Assembly: GCA_963706075.1 (NCBI GenBank)
Contig: CAVPLP010000001.1
Location: forward strand, 836,541-900,540
Length of the DNA stretch: 64,000 bases
Direction of reading: 5' to 3'
DNA from: an uncultured Actinomycetes bacterium
GTDB taxonomy: Bacteria > Actinomycetota > Thermoleophilia > Gaiellales > JAICJC01
Shown here: positions 45,151-54,075 of the stretch, in pieces
How positions within the stretch are numbered: the stretch's first letter is position 1
Layout: every line of letters begins with the position of its first letter
Position numbers and translations under genes: made by a program
The notes under the pieces: model-generated
Database searches by the model: none
Told to the model about the DNA's origin: nothing
What the model saw: only the letters and a program-made list of their open reading frames with translations

Positions 45151-45920
45151 GCCGTCCGTCGCGGATCCACTGCGTGTGCGCGCGCATGCTGGTCGGTCGC
45201 GGTCCGCTCGATCAGCGAGCCGATGTGCTCGTCGAGCTTGCCGTGGAGGTGCCAGTCCCCCGGAGCGCCGGTGACGAGCCCCGCCTGCGCCAGCCGGGCG
45301 AGCGCGTGCGAGACCGACGGCCGCTCCGCCGCCACGAGCTGGCCGAGCAGGCGGTGCGTGAGCGGCAGCGACAGGCGGATGCCGGACTTCTCGACGCGGC
45401 CCCAGCGCTCGGCGAGGTGCCAGAAGAGGAGCGTCAGGCGCACCGCGAGCCGCGGCTGGCACGAGATCGCCCGCATCGCGTCGAGATCGTCGGTCCGCCG
45501 CTCGGCCCGGCGCAGCAGGGCGTGCGCGATCTGGGGCCACGGCAGCACCCGCTGCGCGAACTCCTCGTCGAGAAGCGCGAACCGTGTGGGACGCAGCGCC
45601 CGCCACGTCGTGGCCCGCTCGATCAACTCGTCGGTCCGGCGCTCCATCGGCTGGAGCAGGTCGCCCGACCCGACGAGCTCGGTGACGGTCCTGTCGACGA
45701 TCCGCGTGTGGACGGCGAGCAGGCCTTCGAGGATCAGGAGCCCCGGGCCGTGCCCGACGGCGCGGAACCACGGCCCGAGGTCGCACTCGCTGGGGGCGGC
45801 ATCGAGCACTCGCGCGGTGGCGACCTGACGCGCGGCGACGCCGGTGCGGATGTCGAGCTCCTGTGCGAGGTCGTCGTCCGCGTCCAGCACGTATGCGTAG
45901 AGCGGCGGCGACTCGGGCAT
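45147..45920 (-). CDS. Crp/Fnr-family transcriptional regulator
   Basis: ORF 45147..45971 (GTG). ATG 45920 (MPESPPLYAYVLDAD) is preferred. Beta-barrel effector domain plus a C-terminal HTH (LTHRLLGQLVAAERPSVSHALARLAQAGLV). Its stop overlaps the ATG of the small-subunit paralog (ATGA). Confidence 0.8.
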   Translation of the reverse strand: MPESPPLYAYVLDADDDLAQELDIRTGVAARQVATARVLDAAPSECDLGPWFRAVGHGPGLLILEGLLAVHTRIVDRTVTELVGSGDLLQPMERRTDELIERATTWRALRPTRFALLDEEFAQRVLPWPQIAHALLRRAERRTDDLDAMRAISCQPRLAVRLTLLFWHLAERWGRVEKSGIRLSLPLTHRLLGQLVAAERPSVSHALARLAQAGLVTGAPGDWHLHGKLDEHIGSLIERTATDQHARAHAVDPRRTA

Positions 45921-46052
45921 CCGCGCGCTCGCGGAGAGTCCCACCCACCGCGACGCAGGCCCCGCGAGCACATCTCGGCCGTCCTCGGAAATCGTGGCGC
46001 CTCTCGACGTGTGGGGTCAGTCTAAACCCCTGGCGCCGGCCGAAAGCGGACG

Positions 46053-46091
46053 GTAACCCGGATTACTTCCCGCCCGGGTAACCCTGATTAC
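46053..46091. promoter_or_regulatory. Two tandem 14-bp near-palindromes, GTAACCCnGATTAC (candidate operator)
   Basis: GTAACCCGGATTAC at 46053-46066 and GTAACCCTGATTAC at 46078-46091. The half-sites are GTAAC/(A/G)TTAC, and the starts are 25 bp apart. Both lie in the divergent intergenic region between the Crp-like gene and hypC. Confidence 0.5.
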
Positions 46092-46207
46092 CCCGCGTCA
46101 CGGAGCGGCCGGATCCGTGGTAGAACAGGCCTCGGTCTCGTCGACGCGCGGCCGTTGTGTGCCGGCGAGAAGGCAGAGCAACCGTTGAGGGAAGGGGCTT
46201 CTGTCTC

Positions 46208-46486
46208 ATGTGTCTCGCCATCCCGGGGCAGATCGTGGAGTTGGTTGACGACGAGCGCCGCCTGGCGAAGGTCGAGGTTGCGGGGGTTCGCCGCAACGTC
46301 AACATCTGCCTGCTCGATGCGGACGGCGGCGGCGTGGGCCCCGGCGACTGGGTCCTGATCCATGTCGGTTTCGCGATCTCGCAGGTCGACGAGGAGGAGG
46401 CGCGGGCCACGCGTGACCTGCTCGAGCGGATGGGCGAGGACTACGAGCGCGAGCTCGAGGAGCTCAAGGCCAGCGTGATCGAGTGA
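46208..46486 (+). CDS. hypC: Hydrogenase maturation chaperone HypC/HybG/HupF
   Basis: Inner ATG of ORF 46157..46486: MCLAIPGQIVELVDD...GDWVLIHVGFAISQVD, with an acidic C-terminal extension. Confidence 0.9.
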   Translation: MCLAIPGQIVELVDDERRLAKVEVAGVRRNVNICLLDADGGGVGPGDWVLIHVGFAISQVDEEEARATRDLLERMGEDYERELEELKASVIE

Positions 46487-46731
46487 CCTCCTCCGGGACG
46501 CCGTCTGACGGGTGCGGGAGCGATCACTGCATCACCTGTGCGGACGAGGGCGTCCCGATGACGGTCGTGCGGGTCGACGAGGCCCGCGGGCTGGCGGTGT
46601 GCGCCGACGGGTCGGGCACGGAGGCCGACGTCGAGACCGCTCTCGTGGAGCGGGTGGCCGTGGGCGATGCGCTGCTCGTGCACGCCGGCGTGGCGATCGC
46701 GGCGCTCGAGCCCGGCGAGGCGGTCGCGTGA
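46483..46731 (+). CDS. HypC-like OB-fold protein with an N-terminal CxxC in place of the MC start
   Basis: ORF 46483..46731 (GTGA overlap with hypC). DHCITCADEGVPMTVVRVDEARGLAVCADG...VGDALLVHAGVAI parallels the HypC core. Confidence 0.55.
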   Translation: MTSSGTPSDGCGSDHCITCADEGVPMTVVRVDEARGLAVCADGSGTEADVETALVERVAVGDALLVHAGVAIAALEPGEAVA

Positions 46732-47840
46732 AGTTCGTCGACGAGTTCCGCGACCCGGCGCTCGGGCGGGCCGTGGCGGGCGAGATCCTCTCGCTGGTCG
46801 AGCCCGGCCGCCACTACAAGGTGATGGAGGTCTGCGGCGGGCACACGCACTCGATCTACAAGTACGGCGTCGACGACCTGCTGCCGTCGAACGTCGAGCT
46901 CGTCCACGGGCCCGGCTGCCCGGTCTGCGTGATCCCCATGGGACGCGTCGACGACGGGATCGCGATCGCCCACGAGGACGTGATCTTCACGTGCTTCGGC
47001 GACATGATGCGCGTCCCCGGCTCGAACGGGACGCTGCTCGACGCGAAGGCCGCCGGCGCCGACGTGCGCATGGTCTACTCGCCGCTCGATGCGCTTCGGA
47101 TCGCCAAGGAGAACCCCGACCGCGAGGTCGTGTTCTTCGCGATCGGCTTCGAGACGACGGCGCCGTCGACGGCGCTGACGCTCAAGCGCGCGCGGGCCGA
47201 GGGCATCCAGAACTTCTCGTGCATGTGCAGCCACGTGACGATCGTCCCGCCTCTGCGAGCCCTGCTCGAGTCGCCCGACCTGCGGCTCGACGGCTTCATC
47301 GGCCCGGGTCACGTCTCGACCGTGGTCGGTGCCCGGCCGTTCGAGTTCATCCCGGCCGACTACAAGAAGCCCGTCGTGATCGCGGGCTTCGAGCCGCTCG
47401 ACATCCTCCAGTCGATCGCGATGATCCTGCGCCAGATCGCGGAGGGCCGCTGCGAGGTCGAGAACCAGTACAAGCGCGTCGTCCCGTACGACGGCAACCT
47501 GCGCGCGCTCGAGGTGATGCAGGAGGTGTTCGAGCTCCGGCCGCACTTCGAGTGGCGGGGCCTCGGCTTCATCTCGCACAGCGGCCTCAAGCTGTCGGAG
47601 GCGTACGCCGACCTCGACGCGGAGCGCCGCTTCAGCGTGCCGGGCGTCCGGGTGGCCGACCCGAAGGCATGCCAGTGCGGCGAGGTCCTGAAGGGCGTCA
47701 TCAAGCCGTGGGAATGCAAGGTGTTCGGCACCGCGTGCACCCCGGAGCGCCCGATCGGCACGTGCATGGTGTCGTCGGAGGGCGCGTGCGCGGCGTACTA
47801 CAACTTCGGCCGCTTCGCCCGCGAGCGGGAGGTCGTGTGA
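46728..47840 (+). CDS. hypD: Hydrogenase maturation Fe-S protein HypD
   Basis: Frame of ORF 46512..47840; GTG 46728 (GTGA overlap). Motifs CGGHTH, GPGCPVCV, FETTAP and the C-terminal cysteine-rich region. Confidence 0.93.
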   Translation: MKFVDEFRDPALGRAVAGEILSLVEPGRHYKVMEVCGGHTHSIYKYGVDDLLPSNVELVHGPGCPVCVIPMGRVDDGIAIAHEDVIFTCFGDMMRVPGSNGTLLDAKAAGADVRMVYSPLDALRIAKENPDREVVFFAIGFETTAPSTALTLKRARAEGIQNFSCMCSHVTIVPPLRALLESPDLRLDGFIGPGHVSTVVGARPFEFIPADYKKPVVIAGFEPLDILQSIAMILRQIAEGRCEVENQYKRVVPYDGNLRALEVMQEVFELRPHFEWRGLGFISHSGLKLSEAYADLDAERRFSVPGVRVADPKACQCGEVLKGVIKPWECKVFGTACTPERPIGTCMVSSEGACAAYYNFGRFAREREVV

Positions 47841-48934
47841 TGGGCGATCACGGCGCTGTGTCTGACCGCGAGCAGCACGTGCTCGGCCTGATCGAGAACG
47901 TCCGCAGCAGGCGCGCCAAGTTCCGCGACCCGCACATCACGATGGCCCATGGCGCCGGCGGGAAGGCGACCCAGGCGCTGATCGAGGGGCTGTTCGTACC
48001 GGCGTTCGGCGGCGAGACGCTCAGCCAGATGGGCGATGCCGCCGAGCTCGTCGTCGACGGCGTGGGGCTCGCGTTCACGACGGACTCCTATGTCGTCACG
48101 CCGCTGCGGTTCCCCGGCGGCTCGATCGGCGAGCTCGCGGTGAACGGCACCGTGAACGATCTCGCGGTCGCCGGGGCCAGGCCGCTTGCGCTGAGTCTGT
48201 CGCTCGTGCTCGAGGAGGGCCTGGCGGCGGACGACCTGCGGGCCGAGGTCGAGGCGATCGCCGAAGCGGCCCGCGTCGCCGGCGTCGAGATCGTCGCCGG
48301 CGACACCAAGGTCGTCGAGCGCGGCCACGCCGACGGGATGTACGTGTGCACGACGGGGATCGGCCTGCGCGACCCGCGGGCCACGCTGTCGCCGTCGGCG
48401 CTCCGGCCGGGCGACAGGATCATCCTGTCGGGCCCGATCGGCGAGCACGGGACGGCGATCATGCTCGCGCGCAACGAGTTCGAGCTCGACGCGTCGATCG
48501 AGTCGGACACCCGCTCGCTCTGGCCGGCGGTCGACTCCCTGCTCGGGGCCGTCGGGCCGGAGCTGCGCTCGATGCGCGACGCGACCCGGGGCGGCGTCGC
48601 CTCGGTGCTGAACGAGCTGGCGCGGGCGTCGTCGGTCGCGATGATCGTGCGCGAGAACGCGGTCCCGGTGCACCCGGCGGTGGCAGGCGCCGCGGAGATC
48701 CTCGGGATCGACCCGATGTATGTCGCGAACGAGGGCAAGCTGGTCGCGTTCGTTGCACCCGAGGCGGCCGACGCGGCGCTGGCCGCGCTGCGCGGGGTGC
48801 CGGGCTGCGAGGAGGCGGCGGAGATCGGCGAGGTGCGAACCGAGCCGCCGGGGATGGTGCTTGTGGAGACGAGCTTTGGCGGCCGGCGAGTGATGGATCA
48901 GCTGGTGGGCGACCCGCTGCCGCGGATCTGTTGA
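47840..48934 (+). CDS. hypE: Hydrogenase maturation carbamoyl dehydratase HypE
   Basis: Frame of ORF 46667..48934; ATG 47840 overlaps the hypD stop. Motifs ITMAHGAGG, DSYVV and GDTKVV; C-terminal PRIC. Confidence 0.93.
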   Translation: MGDHGAVSDREQHVLGLIENVRSRRAKFRDPHITMAHGAGGKATQALIEGLFVPAFGGETLSQMGDAAELVVDGVGLAFTTDSYVVTPLRFPGGSIGELAVNGTVNDLAVAGARPLALSLSLVLEEGLAADDLRAEVEAIAEAARVAGVEIVAGDTKVVERGHADGMYVCTTGIGLRDPRATLSPSALRPGDRIILSGPIGEHGTAIMLARNEFELDASIESDTRSLWPAVDSLLGAVGPELRSMRDATRGGVASVLNELARASSVAMIVRENAVPVHPAVAGAAEILGIDPMYVANEGKLVAFVAPEAADAALAALRGVPGCEEAAEIGEVRTEPPGMVLVETSFGGRRVMDQLVGDPLPRIC

Positions 48935-48952
48935 GCCGAGAGAGGAGAGGCG

Positions 48953-50012
48953 ATGGCGAGCACGGTGTACGACGAGCACAGGAAGACCGAGGCGATCACC
49001 GCACACGTCCTCTGGATGACGACGGGCCTGAGCTGCGAGGGGGATTCGGTCGCAATGACGTCGGCCACGAATCCGAGCCTCGAGGACATCATCCTCCAGG
49101 CGATCCCCGGCATGCCGAAGGTCGTCATCCACAACCAGGTGATCGACTACATGAACGGCCAGGAGTACGCCCAGGCCTGGTTTGACGCCGAGGAGGGCAA
49201 GCTCGACCCCTTCGTGCTCGTCATCGAAGGCTCGCTGGGCAACGAGGAGATCAACGGCGACGGGTACTGGACCGGGTTCGCGGTCAATCCCGAGACCGGG
49301 CAGCCCATCACGATGAACGAGTGGATGGACCGCCTGGCGCCCAAGGCGGCGGCGGTCGTCGCGGTGGGCACGTGCGCCACGTACGGCGGCATCCCGGCGA
49401 TGAAGAACAACCCGACCGGCGCGATGGGGATCCCGGACTACCTGGGCTGGAGCTGGAAGTCGAAGGCCGGCCTGCCGATCGTCTGCATCCCGGGCTGCCC
49501 GGCCCAGCCCGACAACATGACCGAGACGCTGCTCTACCTCGCCCTGCACCTCGCCGGGCTCGCCCCCGCCCCGCAGCTCGACGAGGCGCTCAGGCCCAAG
49601 TGGCTCTTCGGCCGGACGGTGCGCGAGAGCTGCAACCGCGCCGGCTTCGCCGAAGAGGGCGACTATGCGACCGAGTACGGCTCCGACCATCGTTGCATGG
49701 TCAAGCTGGGCTGCAAGGGCCCCATCGTGAAGTGCAACGTGCCGGTGCGCGGGTGGGTGAACGGGATCGGCGGGCTGCCCGAACGTCGGCGGCATCTGCA
49801 TGGCCTGCACGATGCCCGGCTTCCCCGACAAGTTCATGCCGTTCATGGAGCCCGACAAGTGGGGCAAGCGCGGATCGCAGTTCGCGAGCCTGGCGTATGG
49901 GCCGCTGGTGCGAACGATGCGAAAGCGGCACATCGCGAACAAGTACGACAAGGAACCGGAGTGGCGGCGCAAGGGCAAGACGCTCACGACCGGCTACCAG
50001 AAGAGGTGGTGA
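48953..50012 (+). pseudogene. hhyS: [NiFe]-hydrogenase small subunit, group 1h; single-nucleotide frameshift as sequenced
   Basis: ORF 48953..50029 is protein-like up to ...VRGWVNGIGG. The conserved continuation, (C)PNVGGICMACTMPGFPDKFMPFMEP...TGYQKRW*, lies in ORF 49800..50012. There is an extra base in GGCGGGCTGCCCG at about 49772-49775. SD AGAGGAGAGG precedes ATG 48953. No Tat signal. Confidence 0.85.
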
Positions 50013-50015
50013 CGC

Positions 50016-51794
50016 ATGGCGACCGTTGAGACTCCGCGCGAGCAGAAGGTCATGGTCAAGGAGATGTCGTGGGATCCGATCACGCGGATCGTCGGCAGCC
50101 TCGGGATCCACACCGAGATCGATTTCTCGAACCGCACGGTGCTGAAGTGCTACAGCACGTCGATGATCTTCCGCGGCTTCGACATCTTCATGAAAGGTAT
50201 CGACCCGCGCGATGCGCACTTCATCACGAGCCGTATCTGCGGGATCTGTGGAGACAACCACGCCACATGCTCGTGTCTGAACCAGAACATGGCGTACGGA
50301 GTGAAGCCGCCCCCGCTGGGCGATCTCGCGTTCAACCTCGCCGAGTCGGCGGACTACATCTTCGACCACGCCATCTTCAACGACTGCATGGCGAACGTCG
50401 ACTTCTGCGAGCAGATGGTGAAGGAGACGAACCCGACGCTTCTTGCGAAGGCGGAGACGACTCCCGCGCCCGGCAAGGACATCCACGGCTACAACACGAT
50501 CGCCGACATCATGCGGGCGCTGAACCCGTTCACCGGCGAGTTCTATCTCGAGACGCTTCACGTCGCCCGGTACACGCGTGAGATGTATTGCCTCTTCGGC
50601 GGCCGGCACACCCACCCGTCGACCATCATGCCGGGTGGATGCAGCGCCGACATCACGCACCAGACATGCACCGACTATTACGTGCGTCTGATGCGCTACT
50701 TCGACTACGTCAAGCGCAGCGTGCCGATGCACGACGACCTGTACGACTTCTTCCTTCAGGAGCTGCCGGGATACGACATGGTCGGGTACCGCCCGACCAA
50801 CCTCGTGAACTGGGGCTCCTTCGACGATCCGGACTATGTCGACTACGACTACCGGAACATGACGGAATGGGGTCGCAAGCGATACATCACACCGGGCGTC
50901 GCCATCGACGGCGAGCTGATCTCGACCGACCTCGTCGAGATCAACCTGATGATCCGGATCCTCCTCGGCTCGTCGTACTTCGACTCGTGGGAGAACGAGC
51001 CGACGCTCGTCGACCGCGATCCGCTCGGCAACCCGGTCGACAAGAACCATCCGTGGAACAAGGTCACGCTGCCGAAGCCGCAGAAGCGCGACTTCACGGA
51101 CAAGTACACGTGGGTCGTGTCGCCGCGCATCTACGACAAGCGCACCGACACCCACGTGTGCTGCGACACCGGCGGCGGCCCGTTCGCGCGCCAGTGGTGC
51201 ACCGCCAAGGCCGGGCTCGTCGACTTCGGGTATGTGAAGGCCACGGGGCACTCGCTCCAGATGGTGCTGCCGCGCTCGCCGAACATGCCCGAGATGGAGC
51301 TCGAGTGGAAGGTGCCCGAGAAGTCAAACGCGATCGAGCGCGACCGGGCGCGGACGTATCACCAGGCCTATGCGGCGCTGGTGGCGCTCCACTGCCTCGA
51401 GCGCGCGATGAAGGAGGTTCGGGCCGGCCGCACCAAGAGCTGGAACAAGTTCACGGTTCCGGAGAGCGCGGTCAGCTGCGGGTTCCACGAGGCCGCCCGC
51501 GGCGTCCTCTCACACCACATGGTGATCCGCGATCACAAGATCGCCAACTACCAGCCGTACCCGCCGACGCCGTGGAACGCCAGCCCGCGCGATTCCTACG
51601 GGACCCCGGGGCCGTACGAGGACGCGGTGCAGAACACGCCGATCTTCGAGGAGAACGGGCCCGAGAACTTCAAGGGGATCGACATCATGCGCGCCGTGCG
51701 CTCGTTCGATCCGTGCCTGCCGTGCGGCGTGCACATGTACGGCGGTCACGGCAAGGTGCGCAAGGTGGTTCACACACCGACGGCGCTGGCGTAG
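50016..51794 (+). CDS. hhyL: [NiFe]-hydrogenase large subunit, group 1h (high-affinity uptake type)
   Basis: ORF 50016..51794. N-terminal Ni-binding motif TSRICGICGDNH; C-terminal SFDPCLPCGVH. Both match the group 1h/5 signatures as I recall them. Confidence 0.93.
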   Translation: MATVETPREQKVMVKEMSWDPITRIVGSLGIHTEIDFSNRTVLKCYSTSMIFRGFDIFMKGIDPRDAHFITSRICGICGDNHATCSCLNQNMAYGVKPPPLGDLAFNLAESADYIFDHAIFNDCMANVDFCEQMVKETNPTLLAKAETTPAPGKDIHGYNTIADIMRALNPFTGEFYLETLHVARYTREMYCLFGGRHTHPSTIMPGGCSADITHQTCTDYYVRLMRYFDYVKRSVPMHDDLYDFFLQELPGYDMVGYRPTNLVNWGSFDDPDYVDYDYRNMTEWGRKRYITPGVAIDGELISTDLVEINLMIRILLGSSYFDSWENEPTLVDRDPLGNPVDKNHPWNKVTLPKPQKRDFTDKYTWVVSPRIYDKRTDTHVCCDTGGGPFARQWCTAKAGLVDFGYVKATGHSLQMVLPRSPNMPEMELEWKVPEKSNAIERDRARTYHQAYAALVALHCLERAMKEVRAGRTKSWNKFTVPESAVSCGFHEAARGVLSHHMVIRDHKIANYQPYPPTPWNASPRDSYGTPGPYEDAVQNTPIFEENGPENFKGIDIMRAVRSFDPCLPCGVHMYGGHGKVRKVVHTPTALA

Positions 51795-51806
51795 GAGACG
51801 GGAGAC

Positions 51807-52688
51807 ATGGCCGTCACCGTGCCGACCGAAGGGCCCGACGAGCTGGTTCTCAGGGTGCAGGATCTCCAGGCGAGGCTCGCCTCGTCCGGGGATCCGGCCA
51901 CCCGCCACGTGGCCGAGGAGCTGGTGTCCGCCGTTGTGCAGATGTACGGCGGCGGCCTGGAGCGGATCGTCGAGCTGCTCCACGCCGGCGGTGAGGAGGG
52001 AGAGCGGGTCGCGGCCGCGCTCGGCGACGACCCGCTCGTCGCGACGCTGCTTCTCATCCACGACCTGCACCCTGTTCCGCTCGACGTGCGCGTGAACCAG
52101 GCGCTCGAGCACGTGCGGCCGTACATGGAGTCGCACGGCGGGAACGTCGAGCTGCTCTCGCTGGAGGACGGCGTGGCCCGGATCCGGCTCGAGGGCAGCT
52201 GCTCGGACTGCTCCGCCTCGGCGGTGACGCTCGAGCTCGCGATCAAGCAGGCGCTCGAGCAGTCGGCGCCCGACCTGGATGGGCTCGAGGTCGAGGGCGT
52301 CGTCGAGCAGGAGTCGCCGGCCGCGAACGGCGGCGCGCACCCGGTGTCGATCGTGAGCGCCGGCGCGGCGGCGCGGTCCCCGACGTGGGTCGAGCTCGAC
52401 CGCCTGGACGTGCCCGCCGGGGAGATGGTCGCCGTGGACGTTGCCGGGAGCCCGCTCGTCATCGCCAACGTCGACGGCACACTGCTCGCCTATCGAGACA
52501 CCTGTGCGGCGTGCGGCGGCGCCCTCCACGGCGGCGAGCTCCAGCAGGGCGCGCTGCGCTGCCCGGAGTGCGCGAGGACGTTCTTCCTGCCGCGCGCGGG
52601 CCGCTCGATGGACGACGAACGCCTCCAGCTCGAGCCCGTGCCGCTGCTGCATGAGGACGGCAGCGTGAAGGTGGCCGTGGCGACGTGA
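51807..52688 (+). CDS. NifU-like (C-terminal type) plus Rieske-like fusion protein of group 1h loci
   Basis: ORF 51807..52688. NifU-type segment VRPYMESHGGNVELLSLEDGVARIRLEGSCSDCSAS. C-terminal Rieske-like segment LLAYRDTCAACGGALHGG...LRCPEC. Confidence 0.75.
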   Translation: MAVTVPTEGPDELVLRVQDLQARLASSGDPATRHVAEELVSAVVQMYGGGLERIVELLHAGGEEGERVAAALGDDPLVATLLLIHDLHPVPLDVRVNQALEHVRPYMESHGGNVELLSLEDGVARIRLEGSCSDCSASAVTLELAIKQALEQSAPDLDGLEVEGVVEQESPAANGGAHPVSIVSAGAAARSPTWVELDRLDVPAGEMVAVDVAGSPLVIANVDGTLLAYRDTCAACGGALHGGELQQGALRCPECARTFFLPRAGRSMDDERLQLEPVPLLHEDGSVKVAVAT

Positions 52689-53395
52689 CCGAGAACGGCG
52701 CCAGCTCCGGAGCCCCGGGTGGTGCGAAGCCCGCATCGGGGCGCCGGTTGGTCGCCGAGGCGGTGGCGGCGCGGCGCCGTGCGCAGGTTGTCACGGGCCT
52801 GCGCGGCCTCGTCCGGCCGCCCGCTCCGACGGACGCCGATGCCGCCGCCGCCGAATGGTGTGACCTCTGCCGCACGAGCATCCCCGGCGACCACCGCCAC
52901 CTGCTGCACCTGGTCGAGCGCAGGATCGAGTGCGTCTGCGAGAGCTGCTGGGCGCTGCGGTCCGGCGATCCGGAGTACCGCCCGACCGGGAACCGCACGG
53001 AGTGGCTGCCCGACATCCAGCTGCCCGACGACGTGTGGGCGAGCTTCCAGATCCCGATCGGGCTCGCGTTCTTCATGGACTCCACGACGGCCGGGTGCGT
53101 CGTCGCCCTCTACCCGAGCCCGGCGGGCGCGACCGAGAGCGAGCTCCACTTCGCATCCTGGAGCCGGATGGTGGAGCTGAACCCGGTGCTCGAGGGCCTC
53201 GAGCCCGACATCGAGGGGCTGATCGTGAACCGCATGTCCGACCCGCCGGCGTACGCCATCGCGCCGATCGACCGCTGCTACGCCCTCACCGGCACGATCA
53301 AGGCGCACTGGGAGGGGCTTTCCGGCGGGGCGAAGGTGCAGGAGGCGGTGACGGCGTTCTTCGACGGCCTGCACGCCGAGGCGGTGCGCGCATGA
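52685..53395 (+). CDS. Conserved hydrogenase-locus hypothetical protein (DUF5947-like, from memory)
   Basis: ORF 52685..53395 (GTGA overlap). Cys cluster CDLCRTSIPGDHRHLLHLVERRIECVCESC. Confidence 0.6.
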   Translation: MTENGASSGAPGGAKPASGRRLVAEAVAARRRAQVVTGLRGLVRPPAPTDADAAAAEWCDLCRTSIPGDHRHLLHLVERRIECVCESCWALRSGDPEYRPTGNRTEWLPDIQLPDDVWASFQIPIGLAFFMDSTTAGCVVALYPSPAGATESELHFASWSRMVELNPVLEGLEPDIEGLIVNRMSDPPAYAIAPIDRCYALTGTIKAHWEGLSGGAKVQEAVTAFFDGLHAEAVRA

Positions 53396-54075
53396 GCATG
53401 CAGCCCGCAGGGGTGACTCCGGAGCCTTCGCCCGACGCGCCCGAGCCCGAGTTCGCCGTGCTGGGAGCCCGGGCCGTGCGGCATGCGGCGACGCCGATGC
53501 TCACGTTCGACGTGCAGGTGTCCGAGCCGACCGGGCGCCAGGTGTACATGATCGCGCTCACGATCCAGGTGATGATCGAGCCGGCCCGGCGCGCCTACGA
53601 CGCGGCGACCCGCGAGCGCCTGGTCGGCCTGTTCGGGCCGCCGGAGCGCTGGTCGGTGACGACGCGGAGCCTCGTCTGGGCGCAGCTCGACGTGGTCGTC
53701 CCGGCGTTCACCGGCTCGACCACCGTGGCGGTGCCGATCGCCTGCAACTACGACCTCGAGGTGGCCGCGGCCAAGTACCTGCACTCGCTCTCGGACGGCG
53801 AGGCGCCCCTCGCGATGCACTTCAACGGCGTCGTCTACTACCCCAACGACGAGGGCGGCCTGCAGATGGTCCTCATCCCGTGGTCGCGCTCGGTCGGGTT
53901 CCGGATGCCGGTCTCGGTGTGGAACGAGACCATCGAGCACTACTACCCCAACACCGCCTGGGTGGCGTTGCGCTCGCAGACCCTCGAGGCCCTCGAGCGG
54001 CGGCGCGTCGACACCGCACATGCGACGTTCGACGCCACCGTCGCGGACCTGCTCGGCGAGAGCCCCGGTGCCTGA
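53392..54075 (+). CDS. Conserved hydrogenase-locus hypothetical protein (DUF6084-like, from memory)
   Basis: Within ORF 52930..54075; ATG 53392 (ATGA overlap), giving MSMQPAGVTPEPSP... Non-repetitive and well-coding-looking. Confidence 0.55.
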   Translation: MSMQPAGVTPEPSPDAPEPEFAVLGARAVRHAATPMLTFDVQVSEPTGRQVYMIALTIQVMIEPARRAYDAATRERLVGLFGPPERWSVTTRSLVWAQLDVVVPAFTGSTTVAVPIACNYDLEVAAAKYLHSLSDGEAPLAMHFNGVVYYPNDEGGLQMVLIPWSRSVGFRMPVSVWNETIEHYYPNTAWVALRSQTLEALERRRVDTAHATFDATVADLLGESPGA

